From Octopus bimaculoides (Eukaryota): a stretch of 50,527 bases of DNA. Shown piece by piece: positions 23,470 through 36,104 of the stretch (positions within the stretch are counted from its first letter, which is position 1; every line of letters starts with the position of its first letter). The notes below the pieces were generated by a model. It searched no databases and was not told the origin of the DNA. It worked only from the letters and a program-made list of their open reading frames with translations. The stretch is from contig NC_068991.1 in NCBI RefSeq assembly GCF_001194135.2, positions 21,886,618 to 21,937,144 of the forward strand, in the 5' to 3' direction. The translations under genes were made by a program, and so were the position numbers.

Positions 23470-23885
23470 TGGATGGTGGCGGTGGTGGTGGTGATGGTTG
23501 TGGTGATGGATAAGGGAGGAGGTAGTGTTGGTGATGGTGGAGATGATAATAGTAGTGGTGGAGTTAATGGTTGGTGATGGTGATGGTAGTGATTGTGATG
23601 GTGGCAGTGATGCTAGTAGTGGTGGTTGTAGTAGTAATAGCAGTGGTGGTTGAGGAGGTGACAATGGTCGTGGGAGTAATGAGTGATTGTATAGGTGGTG
23701 ATGGTGGTGGAGGTGGTGATGAAATTACACTGTCTGTTGACACAATAAGACAGTAGGGATTAAACAATGTGGTGGTGAGTAGTAGTAATAGTAGTGGTGG
23801 TGGTGGTAGTGGTGATGGTGCTACTGCTGCTTATGATGGAGGTAAACTATAAGAAGGGACAACAGCAATAGTAATGGGAGTAGTG
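23470..23885. repeat. (GGT/GAT/AGT)n low-complexity tract
   Basis: Direct reading of the sequence. Confidence 0.9.
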
Positions 23886-24519
23886 AGGATAAAGTCAAGG
23901 TTGCCAGTCTGTGACATTTCATCTGGAGATAATTTAGTAAATTTTATAATGAAGGTATCCATTACACTGATGGCTGTTAATTAACAGGGGTACATTTCAA
24001 AATAAACTCTTCAGAGTACCCTAAATTTCATACACTGCACCCCCCACAGCCACATCATCATTATCCCACCACCAACAACAAAACAAAATCCCCATCATTA
24101 TCTCTTCTACCACCACAACCACCACCAACATTATTATTACTGATAACATCACCACCACCATCACATTTGTACACCAACGCAACCACCACCTGCAAACAGT
24201 GAGGCTCTATGTGATTGCCTTGCTAGAAATAGCAACCAAATCCAACGAATTCGCTTTTGTAAGATGGTAAAGCATGATTTGAGGGAGATTTGACCCTTAT
24301 TTCTTTTGGGTTGAGCAATTACACAGAGGGTCCCAAAGTAGAAGCCCAGTTTCTCAAACATTTTTTACGTATAGACTGCTTTGATACCCATTTTACTTCA
24401 ATAGTTCCTCCTACCCATTCAATGTTTAAAAAAAAGAAATCATATTTTTTTATGATTAAATATTATTAGGAATTGCATAAACAAGATTGTTAAAATATAT
24501 TGTTTTTTGTTCTTTTAAT

Positions 24520-25000
24520 TGTTTCAATCATTTGACTGTGGCCATACTGGAGCATCATCTTGAGAGGTTTTAGTTGAATAAATCAACCCCAGGACATTTT
24601 TTAAGTCTGGTACTTATTCTATCGGTCTCTTTTGCTGAACTGCAAAGTTATGGGGGTGTAAACACACCAACACTAGTTGTCAAGCAATGATGGTGGCGAT
24701 AAACACACACACACACACACACATATATATAAGGGCATTACTACAGAATAATGCCACACACTAGACTTCCCAAATAAACACATTTTAGTACCGAATGCGA
24801 GGAGAGTTGCTTTTCCTCGCATTCAGTACTAAAATGTGTGTATTTGGGAAGTCTAGTGTGTGGCATTATTCTGCAGGAATGCCCTTATATAAATATAAAT
24901 GAATAATTATATTCTTGGGAATAGAAATTTCCCTTATGAATTTTTTTGCACATTAGCTTCCTGATAAAATTCTTGTAAAAGATTTTTATCCTATTATTGA

Positions 25001-25041
<41 letters not shown>

Positions 25042-25200
25042 CACACACAATGAGCATCTTTCAGTTTCTGTCTACCAAATCCACTCATGAGGCTTTGGTC
25101 AGCCGAAGGCTATAGTAGAAGATACTTGCCCAAGGTGCCACACAGTGGGACTGAATCCAAAACCACGTGGTTGGAAAGCAAGCTTTTTACCACACATGGT
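24520..25200 (-). mobile_element. Family-A SINE interrupted in its central microsatellite by a hairpin element and AT-rich sequence
   Basis: The tail half at 24520-24720 and head half at 25040-25200 match family A. Confidence 0.7.
24731..24886. mobile_element. 156-bp near-perfect hairpin (73-bp arms, 4 mismatches, 10-nt loop) in a TA context; MITE-like
   Basis: Left arm 24731-24803, right arm 24814-24886, with tata on both sides. Confidence 0.8.
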
Positions 25201-26539
25201 GCATTGGCCAAGTATTGTAGAAATAACCAATTTATTGCAAATAAATTTTAACAAAATCTTATATGGAACTTGGTTGAGAACCACTGATCACAACTGTGAC
25301 TGCTTTGTCTTTTTAAGGGTTTCTATGACTACACTATCTAATGTGGTCTTCATTTTTCTAAGGTTGTAAAAGTGTAACTCAAGGGAGAATTGCCTATTTC
25401 TACAGGTTATGCAAACATGTAAAGGCTCCTTAATTTAATTGATCTAGTATTAGTTTGTTGCTAAGTCATGGGTTCCAAGTTTTCTTTTCACAATATTTTA
25501 CTAGTCATATAAATTTAGTGAGCCAATTGTAATACGAGATCTTACTCTTAGCTCTATTACAAATCTATAGACTCATTAGATCAAAACTAACACTGATTTC
25601 CATGATGTACAAACAACTGCCCCAGCTGTAGCTGGTAATCATTTTTAGCTGAATAGACTGAGACAACATGAAATGAAGCGTCTTGCTCAAGAACAACATA
25701 ATATGCCATTCAGACTGGGAATCAAAACCACAACATTATAATCTTGAGTCTAATATCTTAACCACCATACCATATACCATCATGTATATGAACCATCATC
25801 ATCATTGAACATCTGTTTTCCATGCTGACATGAGTTGGATGGTTTGACAGGATCCAGTAAGCTGCAATGTCAGCTTTGCAATGTTTTCTACAGCTAGACA
25901 CCCTTCCAATGTCAATCACCCCTTACAGTGTGTACTGGGTACATTTTTTTGTGACACTGGCACTACTTTTGAGGTTGCCAAGTACATTGCGTAACAGACA
26001 AAATCAGGAAAGAGAAAAGCCTCCATGGCCAACTGGGGGGAATGGCATTGGGAAAGGAGAGGTGGCTTTATATCAGGTGCTGAGAGACTAAAGCATGATA
26101 AAGGCGGGGGTGGGGGAGAACAGGTATCTTGCTATAGAGGAGATACAAGGCTACTCCAAGTTATAAAGGTGAGTAGTAGTTATTGAGAACCTGAAGATAA
26201 AGAAGAAAGATGATAATGAGAGTGTATCAGAGCAAATTCTCAAAGTAGGTGACCATAAGAGAGGATGTGGACAGTGTATCAGGTTGTGGACAGTGTATAA
26301 AGTTTGGTGAGGGCATGTTATTCAACTAATTCTTTTGTCTAGTTTTCTCTTGGAAATTCCATAATCATATATATGTATATATATGTATATATATATATAT
26401 ATATATATAGCACAATATATAACATAATAACATAAAAAGATATTTAGAGTTGTGGCATTAGACTACGTGATAAATATGGGAAAGACTTCAATGACTCAGA
26501 AAAATCACATCAAATCAACACATGAAAATAAATGCAGAA

Positions 26540-27200
26540 ATTAGTAAAATAACTTATCTTACGCTAGTGTTTGAAACATAAATTAACATTACATTTTGAT
26601 GGAAGGTTTTCATTTAAATCACTCCAAAACAAGAAGATTCTATTACAAAAGAATTAGGGGCAGTCTTGGGTTGGCTAGTATCAAAAATGTTAACTCTTTT
26701 GTTACTATATTTCTGTTCAAACACACTGTTGTAGTTTCAACTAATTTTGTAGTTTTAAGAATTTACTGAAATAACATTAAATTGGTGTTTAAAAACATAA
26801 ATTAACATAAATTTTTGATGGAAAGTTTTGATTTACATCACTTTAAAACAAGCTTGCATTATGGAACCAAGACTGGTTTCAAGTGGGCCAATATCAAAAG
26901 GTTTGAAGTCTTGCATTCCTGTTACAGCCCAGAGAACTATAATAAACAGGAGGGGGATGAGGACTGAGCCCTGTTTTCATATTTCAATTAAAAACACTCA
27001 GATATTCTATTATGTTGCAACATCTTAATGCCTTTTTAATAACAAAATAAGTAACCCCTTTGATACTAACCCATCTGAGACCTGAGATCACCCCTAGATC
27101 TATAATACAAATTTCCTATTTCAAAGTGATCTAAATTAAAACATTCCTGTTAGGAATCAATAATGATTAAGTATTAAAGTTACTTGTTTTACTAATTCTC
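26540..27200. mobile_element. Degenerate copies of a dispersed AT-rich element with ttaac(c/t)ctt...aa(a/g)gttaa-like ends (possibly a piggyBac-type MITE); relatives at 38160-38420 and 45040-45470
   Basis: Shared aaattaacat..attttgatggaa(a/g)gtttt..ttta.atcact..aaaac block. The TTAA-like termini are decayed. Confidence 0.45.
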
Positions 27201-27539
27201 ACTATATTCTTGATTTTACTTTCCAAATTAATTGAAACAGATAACCAGAGGGGTTTAAATGGCTGCAGAGTGAGTCCCTGGGTAACTCCATCACCACCAC
27301 AACTACTACTGCCAACAGCAGCAGACATTCTTTTTCATACATCAAAATATATTGATAGTGAACAAATATCATTTAACACTGATTTTTTGAGAAATTCCAA
27401 CAAGAATTTTTGGATCATCAATTCATATATCAATGCCTGGGGGTACCAAATAGTGAATATATATTTTGTAATTTTTTTTTCTTCTTTTTTTTTTTGTCAA
27501 GTTGCAGTAGGGTTGGGATAAGCAGATATAGAATGATAA

Positions 27540-27541
27540 AC

Positions 27542-27635
<94 letters not shown>

Positions 27636-28145
27636 CAAGAAAAGAGAAATTAGGGCAGAGAGAGAAGAATCATAGAAACTAGGGCAGAGAGAGAAAAAAC
27701 ATAGAAACTGGGGCAGAGAGAGAGAAAGAAAGAAAGAGTGGAAATCAGAGGAATTGGGATAGAAAAGCAGAGAAACTGCAACAGAGAAGTAGACAGAAAG
27801 CCAAGGACAGTGAAGTAGACAGAAAGGGACACTGAAGTAGGGAAATAGAGGGAGAGAAGTGGGAGAAAGCCAGACGAAAGAGAGAGAGGGGGAGAGATAG
27901 AAAGATAGACAGCATAACGGATAAGGAAGTCAGTGCTAGAGACAGATGTAGAGAGACAAGGAAAATGACAGGATGTTAAAGACAGAGAGAAGAGATGAAA
28001 AATAAACAGAGGGAGAGAGACATACAAACGTAGACATAGAGTTAGAAGGAGGAAGACAAGAAGACAAATGAAGAAATGACAAGAGAGACAGAAGATAGGC
28101 ACAGGCAGAAAACCAGACATAGAAGCAGAAAATAGAGATAAAGCG
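27540..28145. repeat. (AG)n and purine-rich low-complexity tract
   Basis: Direct reading of the sequence. Confidence 0.9.
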
Positions 28146-28465
28146 AGACAATTGGTATCATACAGTTCTAAAAACACATATATATGTTTTCACATCTTTT
28201 CAGAGAGTGGCTAATAACTACCGCGAGGTCTTCGTTTTCTTTCTCTAGAATGAATAATTAAGAATTTTTTTTTTTGCATATAATATTCTAGCATATATCT
28301 CTCTTAGTTCATTACATAACTTTGGAAGTATACTTTTGCCAGCGTGGCAGGAAATATGATAGACATACAATAATTATGATTTAACTTTTTATCAAATTTT
28401 TTGGTGCTAATGCAAAAAGATAAACAAAACTAATTTTCTAAAGAAAAAAAATTTTATAAGCACAA

Positions 28466-29345
28466 GCATGGCTGTGTGGTAAGAAGCTTGCTTCCCAGTC
28501 ACATGGCACCTTGGGAAAGTATCTTCTACTATAGCTTCAGGCCAACCAAAGCCTTGTAAGTGGATTTGGTAGATGAAAACTGAAAGAAGCCCATCATATA
28601 TATCTATGTATATATCTATGTGTGCATGTCTTTTGTGTCTGTTTTTGCCCCCCCCCCTCCCTATCAGTGCTTGACAACTGGTGTTGGTGTGTTTATGTTC
28701 CTGTACCTTGGTGGTTCAGCAAAAGAGACTGATAGAATAAGTACTAGGGTCGATTTGTTCAACTAAAACCCTTTAGGGGGGTGCTCCAGCATGGCCGCAG
28801 TCAAATGACTGAAACAAGTAAAAGAATAAAAGAATTAGCATAAAATGAAATTAAATAAAACAAATTTTTCATTTGTATATTTGCAATAAATATATTTTTA
28901 TCTCTTATCTTTTACTTGTTTCAGTCACTGAAATGTGGCCATGCTGGGACATGCTTTAAAGGATTTTAACAAAAAAAAAATCAACCCAAGTTTTTTTGTT
29001 TGTTTCTTTGTTTGCTTCTTAAAGCCTGGTACTTATTCTATCGGTTTTGCTGAACCGCTAAGTTATGGGGATATAAACAAACCAGCACCAGTTGTCAAGT
29101 GGTGGTGGGGGGATAAACACAGACACATGCACACACATAACACACACATATATACACACACACATATATACACGCATACATATACACACACATACACATA
29201 TATACACACACACAACAGGCTTCTACACAGTCTCCATTTACTGAATTCACTCACAAGGCATTGGTTGGCTCATGGCTATAGCAGTAGACACTGACCCAAC
29301 CACATGACTATGAAGTGAGCTTCTAAACTACACAGCTATGCCCGC
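28466..29345. mobile_element. Two adjacent family-A SINEs in tail-to-tail orientation (+ 28466-28835; - about 28910-29345)
   Basis: The cagtcaaatgactgaaacaagtaaaag tail on plus is mirrored by cttttacttgtttcagtca at about 28910. Confidence 0.75.
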
Positions 29346-29948
29346 ACCTATATGTCATTATTTTCTTAAATCTTATTCAAATACTGCCGAGGTCAACTTT
29401 GCCTTTCAACCTTTCTGAGTTGATAAAATAAGTACCAGTTGAACATTGTGGTTGAAGTAATCAAACTGACTCACTTCTCCAAAAATTTTGGCCTCATGAC
29501 AAAATAGCAAACAATTATTTTCTTAAACCTTAACAACATAAATTGCAATCCCCTAATCACAACCTGTTGCACTGGAAACCTATCTCTGCAAAATTTCATT
29601 AACAATGTGTATTCTTCAGGAAGTTGTCGTCATCATCATCAACATTCAACATCCATTTTCCATGCTGGCATGGGTTGGATGGCCTGACAGGAATTGGCAA
29701 GGCTAGTGATTGCACCAGGTTCCATAATCAGTTTTGGCCTAGTTTCTATGGCTGGATGCCCTTCCTAGCACCAACCGCTTTATACAGTGTACTGGATACT
29801 TTTTACATGGCACCAGCACCCACACCAATGCTTTTTACGTAGCATTTTATGTAGCACTTAAGTTTTAGAATGGCAATTCTGTTGTGGCCAACCAAAACCT
29901 TGTGGATTTGGGTTAGGGTTAGAAGCCCATCATGCGTGTATGTATGTA

Positions 29949-29995
<47 letters not shown>

Positions 29996-30218
29996 CAAAG
30001 AATATGTATACATGTATACACACATATATGTACATACTTACATCTACATGTGTATATAGATGCATATCAGGGCACAGGATGTTAGAAAAATGAACTACAG
30101 ACCACGGAACGAACACATAGGGAAACAGATAGCCACTTGGAATTAATCCTTCGTCAGCTGCCTCTATTCTAACTAGACGTTTCGGAGAGAGAGTAGAGAG
30201 AGAGAGAGAGAGAGATAG

Positions 30219-30269
<51 letters not shown>

Positions 30270-30466
30270 AGAAAATGGAGGGGATCAGAGGACTATATAT
30301 ATATTGTGTCTGGGGAGAGTCATTCTCTTTAGTGTCTTATAAAATTAATGAGGGAGGCAGACAATGGAAGAAATGATCATCTTCCATATTTCTCAATAAT
30401 TACATATCCAACAAACACCAAACTATCAGGTGTATACCATACGATTTATTAAATACTATATATATG

Positions 30467-30856
30467 GGTAAAGACCCCTTGGGTCATGAATGACCATGGG
30501 ATTGCACCTAGAAAGTTCCCCTCCAAAGCACAAGTCCAGGCAAGATTGTTCATGGAAGACCAACAATCGCCCATGCATACCAACCTTCCCTCTCTATGCC
30601 ACCGATGTTATCCAAGGGAAGCAAACACTGATAAAGCTTGGCACCTGTGACGTCGCAACTCATTTCTACAGCTGAGTGAACTGGAGCAATGTGAAATAAA
30701 GTGTCTTGCCCAAGAACACAACACACANNNNNNNNNNTGGAGCAATGTGAAATAAAGTGTCTTGCCCAAGAACACAACACACAGCCCAGTCCAGGAACTG
30801 AATTGACTACCTCAGACTTGTGAGCCCGACACTAACCACTGAGCCATGCACCTTCA
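30467..30856 (-). mobile_element. Family-E tRNA-derived SINE (spans a 10-N gap); relative at 44800-45030
   Basis: Minus-strand head tgaaggtgcatggctcagtggttag. The body ends in ...gaccc. Confidence 0.7.
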
Positions 30857-30878
30857 TTGACATATTTATATATGTATA

Positions 30879-32056
30879 TGTAGTGAAACTACCTATCGCC
30901 ATTAGATACAAAACTACTATCGCCATTACATACAATCTTCTCATTTAAATATAAATAAATGCGAGCGTAGTAGAGAACCCATTCCTTGTCATCACGTGAC
31001 TGAATATTATTNNNNNNNNNNNNNNNNNNNNNNNNNNNNNNNNNNNNNNNNNNNNNNNNNNNNNNNNNNNNNNNNNNNNNNNNNNNNNNNNNNNNNNNNN
31101 NNNNNNNNNNNNNNNNNNNNNNNNNNNNNNNNNNNNNNNNNNNNNNNNNNNNNNNNNNNNNNNNNNNNNNNNNNNNNNNNNNNNNNNNNNNNNNNNNNNN
31201 NNNNNNNNNNNNNNNNNNNNNNNNNNNNNNNNNNNNNNNNNNNNNNNNNNNNNNNNNNNNNNNNNNNNNNNNNNNNNNNNNNNNNNNNNNNNNNNNNNNN
31301 NNNNNNNNNNNNNNNNNNNNNNNNNNNNNNNNNNNNNNNNNNNNNNNNNNNNNNNNNNNNNNNNNNNNNNNNNNNNNNNNNNNNNNNNNNNNNNNNNNNN
31401 NNNNNNNNNNNNNNNNNNNNNNNNNNNNNNNNNNNNNNNNNNNNNNNNNNNNNNNNNNNNNNNNNNNNNNNNNNNNNNNNNNNNNNNNNNNNNNNNNNNN
31501 NNNNNNNNNNNNNNNNNNNNNNNNNNNNNNNNNNNNNNNNAAACAGACAAGAAATTCTCAGCCAGCGACGAACATCTGTATAACAAGAATCACGGCCCAG
31601 CATCGATGCCACGACATCACAACTAGTGATCAGCACTGCCACACTCAGCCTCTCCTCACTTTCACATACAGAACTTTTCCTATAGTGTACTAACGAACTG
31701 GTATAATTGTTCACGTGTTATTGACTCTTTCTATTTGCTGTAAACACTCATACACACATGTATCACTCACATACACACTTTACTTTGTATGACGGCCTGT
31801 CTTTGATTATGTTCTTATATGTCGCATTCACACTCACACACAGATATACATCTTTAACGCTACAATAAATCATCTAATACGGTTGTGGTCTTTCATTACT
31901 GGTCATCTATGTTATCGTCGTATAACATATCATCTATATCATCCATCGATATATAATTGTGTGTTCGACCGTGTGACACGTTTAAATAAAAGGAGTCCTC
32001 TGTTTTTCCATTCGTCACCATATCTCCTTTTTGAGTTCACACGGTCGTCCCTTACA
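30879..32056 (+). mobile_element. Probable solo LTR (TG...CA, 4-bp TATA TSD), partly within a gap
   Basis: Starts TGTAGTG at 30879 and ends CCCTTACA at 32056, with tata on both sides and AATAAA at 31985-31990. The TSD is weak evidence because the flanks are TA-rich. Confidence 0.55.
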
Positions 32057-32083
32057 TATATAAATGTATGTGTATATGAGTGT

Positions 32084-32318
32084 TATTTCTTTACTACCCA
32101 CAAGGGGCTACACACAGAGGGGACAAACAAGGACAGACAAAGGGATTAAGTCGATTACATTGACCCCAGTGCGTAACTGGTACTTATTTAATCGACCCCA
32201 AAAAGATGAAAGGCAAAGTCAACCTTGGCGGAATTTGAACTCAGAACGTAGCGGCAGACGAAATACCGCTAAGCATTTCGCCCGGCGTGCTAACGTTTCT
32301 GCCAGCTCGCCGCCTTTA
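32084..32318 (-). mobile_element. Young intact family-B SINE with 17-bp TSD
   Basis: tatgtgtatatgagtgt at 32067-32083 and 32319-32335; CpGs retained. Confidence 0.9.
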
Positions 32319-32459
32319 TATGTGTATATGAGTGTGTATGTATCTGTAGGGAAATGGTTATACACCATTAGGTGTACTCTGCTTCTGTACATAAAATTTC
32401 TTGAAGAAAGAACGGAAAGCAGATTCTGAACTATCAACACAACAATATTTATTACAATA

Positions 32460-32710
32460 GAATTCTGCAGCACTTCGCCCTTTGGTTACTGAGACGCAGT
32501 CAATGAAGTTGCGTGGTTATGTGTGTAGCTCCAGAGTTGGGTTGTTGGAGGGGCTGCTGCGACGTCTAGGCTCTTCGACGGCCAACGAAGAAAGAGAGTG
32601 AAAGAAGCGCGAAAGCTTGGATGTCGATGACTACGCATGCGCATGAGACTCTTCCTGTTTCCTTCCGCAACTAGTCCCTGCGCATGCGTGGATAAAAACT
32701 CCGGAAATGT
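32460..32710. promoter_or_regulatory. CpG-rich promoter-like region with two NRF1-type GCGCATGCG motifs and ETS-type motifs
   Basis: tacgcatgcgcatg at 32632-32645, tgcgcatgcgt at 32679-32689, cttcctg/cttccg at 32650-32668, ccggaaat at 32701-32708. Unique sequence with many CpGs in an otherwise CpG-poor window. Confidence 0.55.
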
Positions 32711-33799
32711 TGTCTGCTATAAGGCGTCACTACATATCTAATGTGTGCTGTGTCTTTACGTTTATATTGTCCCCCACAACTGGTGTTGGTTTGTTTACAA
32801 CTCCATAATTCAACAGCTCTATAAAAAGAGCCCAATAGAATAAATATCAGACTTTAAAAAAAAAACATAAGTACTTTGGTTGCAGTCCAATGACTGAAAC
32901 GAGTAAAAGATGATAAAAAAATATAAGCCGACAGACAGACAGGCAGGCAGCGATCAGTCTTATTAAGTCATTGGTATCTGTTCGTAATTAACTGTCACCC
33001 CATGTTCTGAGGATTGGATGGTCTTTGTTCTTTTTTATCAGAATGAAGAGCTAGAACCATCGTCATCATCATCATCACAGTGATAGGCACTACCACTGGC
33101 AGCATCAATATCGTCAATAGTAGTAGTTGTGGTGGTGGTGGTGGTGGTGGTGGNNNNNNNNNNACTTTAGCCCAGCCAAGCCAAAAAACATTTTATCTCA
33201 ACACACACACACTCACCCTTCCCTCGTTATATTTATAGCTACGACTTAATGGAGACAAGGTGCAGAATAGCGTCGGCAGTAATGGTGGTATTGGTGGCGA
33301 AGTCATCGGGGGGGGGGGGGCCTCGTCGTTGGTTGTCATCGTAGAAATGATGGTGTTGATGGTGATAGTAGCAGTAGCAGTAGTGGTGGTGGCATCGATG
33401 AGATAGATGGTGATAGTTGCAGTAGACGTAATGCATGTATAAAATATACTGTTGTTGTTTAATCCCGGATTACTCATGATCAAACAGCCTATAATTATAA
33501 TTATGAAGACATTCTAGCCATGACCATCTTGCTTTTTTTTTAGGGGTAGTTCTTAGATAATATCAAATGTTCCTTCATTTTTTTTTAGATGGTGAGGAGT
33601 GATATGAGGGAAATTTAGCTGTTATTTCTTGTAGCTTGCACGAACACGTAAAGGCTTCACTGGCCTGTAGCCGTTTTTGTGTAATGTGCGTGAGAGTAGA
33701 GGGAGGAGAGGACCGACGGAATGACAGGCAGACAAATGGACTGACAGATGGATAGATAAATGTATACAAAAATACTTGTCACATTTAATGACATGTTCC

Positions 33800-33869
33800 A
33801 ATAGTGAGAGAGAGAGAGAGAGAGAGAGTGTGTGTGTGTGTGTGTGTGAAGAAAAGTAAATAAGATAGC

Positions 33870-33901
<32 letters not shown>

Positions 33902-34110
33902 CAGACAAGGACAGAGAAACTGATAGACAAGTAGGTAGGCAGGTACATTAGTAGATAGACAGACAGATAGATAGGTGGGTAAATACATGGGTACGACAGA
34001 CTGACCGACAGACAAGTAGATGGACAGATAGATAAGTAGGGAGATAGACAAACCAACCAACAAAGTAGGTAGATACATAGGTAGATGCACAGACAGACAG
34101 ACTACAACAT
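33800..34110. repeat. (AG)n(TG)n and (GATA/GACA)n microsatellite tract
   Basis: Direct reading of the sequence. Confidence 0.9.
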
Positions 34111-34309
34111 GTCACATAGTGTGCATGTGTATTTGTAATAGTATAAATGTGTATAAATCTTACAACTCCAGAGTTTGTAACTTGAAGCTGTCTTCATGCA
34201 AAAACAGTAATTCTGAGAGTGGAATCATTGTCTTTTTACATTTGTTTTGTGGTGTTTGAAAGTTTTCAATAACTAAGAATGATTCCAGACTCCACAGGAT
34301 TCCTTTCCC

Positions 34310-34700
34310 AGCTTGAGCCAAAGGGGCTGACAGTATGACAATTTTCCCTGTTCCATGGCAGTAGGCCCTTCATCTGGGATGCCACATGCTGTGACACCCT
34401 CTCCTGCAGCAACTTGGTGTATTCAGCAACCACCAGCCCAGGCGCCACTGCTCATCAGGCTAAGAAGAGCAAAACTGTCAAAGTATTGGTTACTCTCTGA
34501 GAGGTTTATGGATGAACTTGTGGCAGTGGAGTCCTCCAGTGTTCTTGGCCATTTCTGCCCTGATAGCTGTAAGCAAGGAAATGGTCCAGGAACCATCTGC
34601 AAGTGCAAGCCCCATGAGTCAGAATGACTGTTCCAGTGCATCTACCTTGTCACCCTCCAGAGCAATGGCTTTTCCATTTTGCCTGCTGGAACCATGAAGT
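34310..34700 (+). pseudogene. Decayed restriction-like endonuclease (RLE) C-terminus of a CRE-like non-LTR retrotransposon
   Basis: Across frameshifts: ADSMTIFPVPW / GSRPFIWDATCCDTLS..TSPGATAHQAKKSK / KY.LL.ERF..VAVESSSVLG / LFQCI.L..LQSNGFSIL. This parallels RPDG...W.DxT..D...AE..K..KY...AVET.G..G...QR.S...QRGN. Confidence 0.7.
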
Positions 34701-36104
34701 GGTCTGAATTACAGGAAATCGAGAGACTGTAAGAATTCTGTAGCTTACTACACAAACAATAAACTTATACAACCCCCTCTTCATTACAGAAACACTCATT
34801 AAGCATTCTTTTGTGTGGACAAAAATATACATAAAAACTTTTCATGGCTAATTCCTTTCAAGATTCGAAATTACCTACACTCTTCATCTTTAACCCCCAA
34901 TCCACTGCATGTGTTGTCTCTTATACTTACTTTGAGAGTTCACTCTGGCACCTCACCTCCACCATCTTTATTTTCTTTCCCCCCTTACCCCACCCGCCCT
35001 TATATAATGCAGGGGGTGGGGAGTAGCTATGTATCTCCCTTCTGGCAAGACACCTCTATTTGTCTTGATCCTTTTATACATATATAAGGAGGTCAGTGAT
35101 AGAGAGACAGATCTAGGGAGACAAAGAAAATGATAAAATGTTAGAGGCAAAGAGAGAAGAGACAAAAAAGAGACAGACAGACAGATGTACAAACACACAG
35201 ATAGAAAGAAGAAGAGAAGACTTTAGCCTCTCAACACCTGGGCACAAAACTACCCCCACCCTCTCTCAAATACATCACTACTTAGTTAAGGAGGGTTTTT
35301 CCTTGTATTTACTTTGCCTTAAAAGTTACTTGGTAACCTCATGAGAGCTGGTATTATGAAAAGAGCACCCAGTACACTCCGTAAAGTGGTTGATATTAGG
35401 AAGTTGACCTCAGCAGGATTTGAACTCAGAATGTAAAAAGCCAGAAGAAAAGCAGCTAAGTACTTTATCCAACAAGCTAACAAATCTGCAATCTCATTCA
35501 CTGCCCCTGGTTTCGAATTTAGGCAAAGAGCCAGCAATTTTGAGGGTAAGAAGTTACTTAATACTATCAACTCCAGTACTTGACTGGTACTTTATTTCAT
35601 CAGCCACAGAGAAATGAAAGGCAAAGCTGACCTTGAGAGGATTTGAACACAGAATTTAAAGAGCTATAACTAAATATTAAATATTGCATGGCATTTTGTC
35701 CAATGCTTTAACAATCCTGCCAATACAAATCATAGTAATAATGGTTTCAAATTTTTGCACAAGGCCAGCAATTTCGGGGGAGAGGGTGAGTTGATTACAT
35801 TGACACCAGTGCCCAGCTAGTACTTATTCTGTTGACACTGGAAGGATGAAAAGCAAAGCGAACCTCAGCATAATAATAATAATGATGATTTCAAATTCTG
35901 GCATGGGGCTGACAATTTAAAAGGAGGGGATAAATCAATTACATCAACTGGTACTTATTTTATCAACCCCAAAAGGATGAAAGGCAAAGCTGTCCTTGGC
36001 AGAACTTGAACTCAGAATGTAATGATGGACAAAATGCCACTAAGCATTTTACCCGGCATGATTCTGCCAGTTCACTGCCTTAATAATAATGACAATAATA
36101 ATAA

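Noticed and set aside
23368-23767. Poly-Val/Thr/Pro ORFs (also 27410-28177, 33193-34090)
   Set aside because: Translations of trinucleotide or tetranucleotide low-complexity tracts.
30687-30785. 46-bp direct duplication inside the family-E SINE
   Set aside because: The copies sit on either side of a 10-N gap, typical of contig-overlap artefacts.
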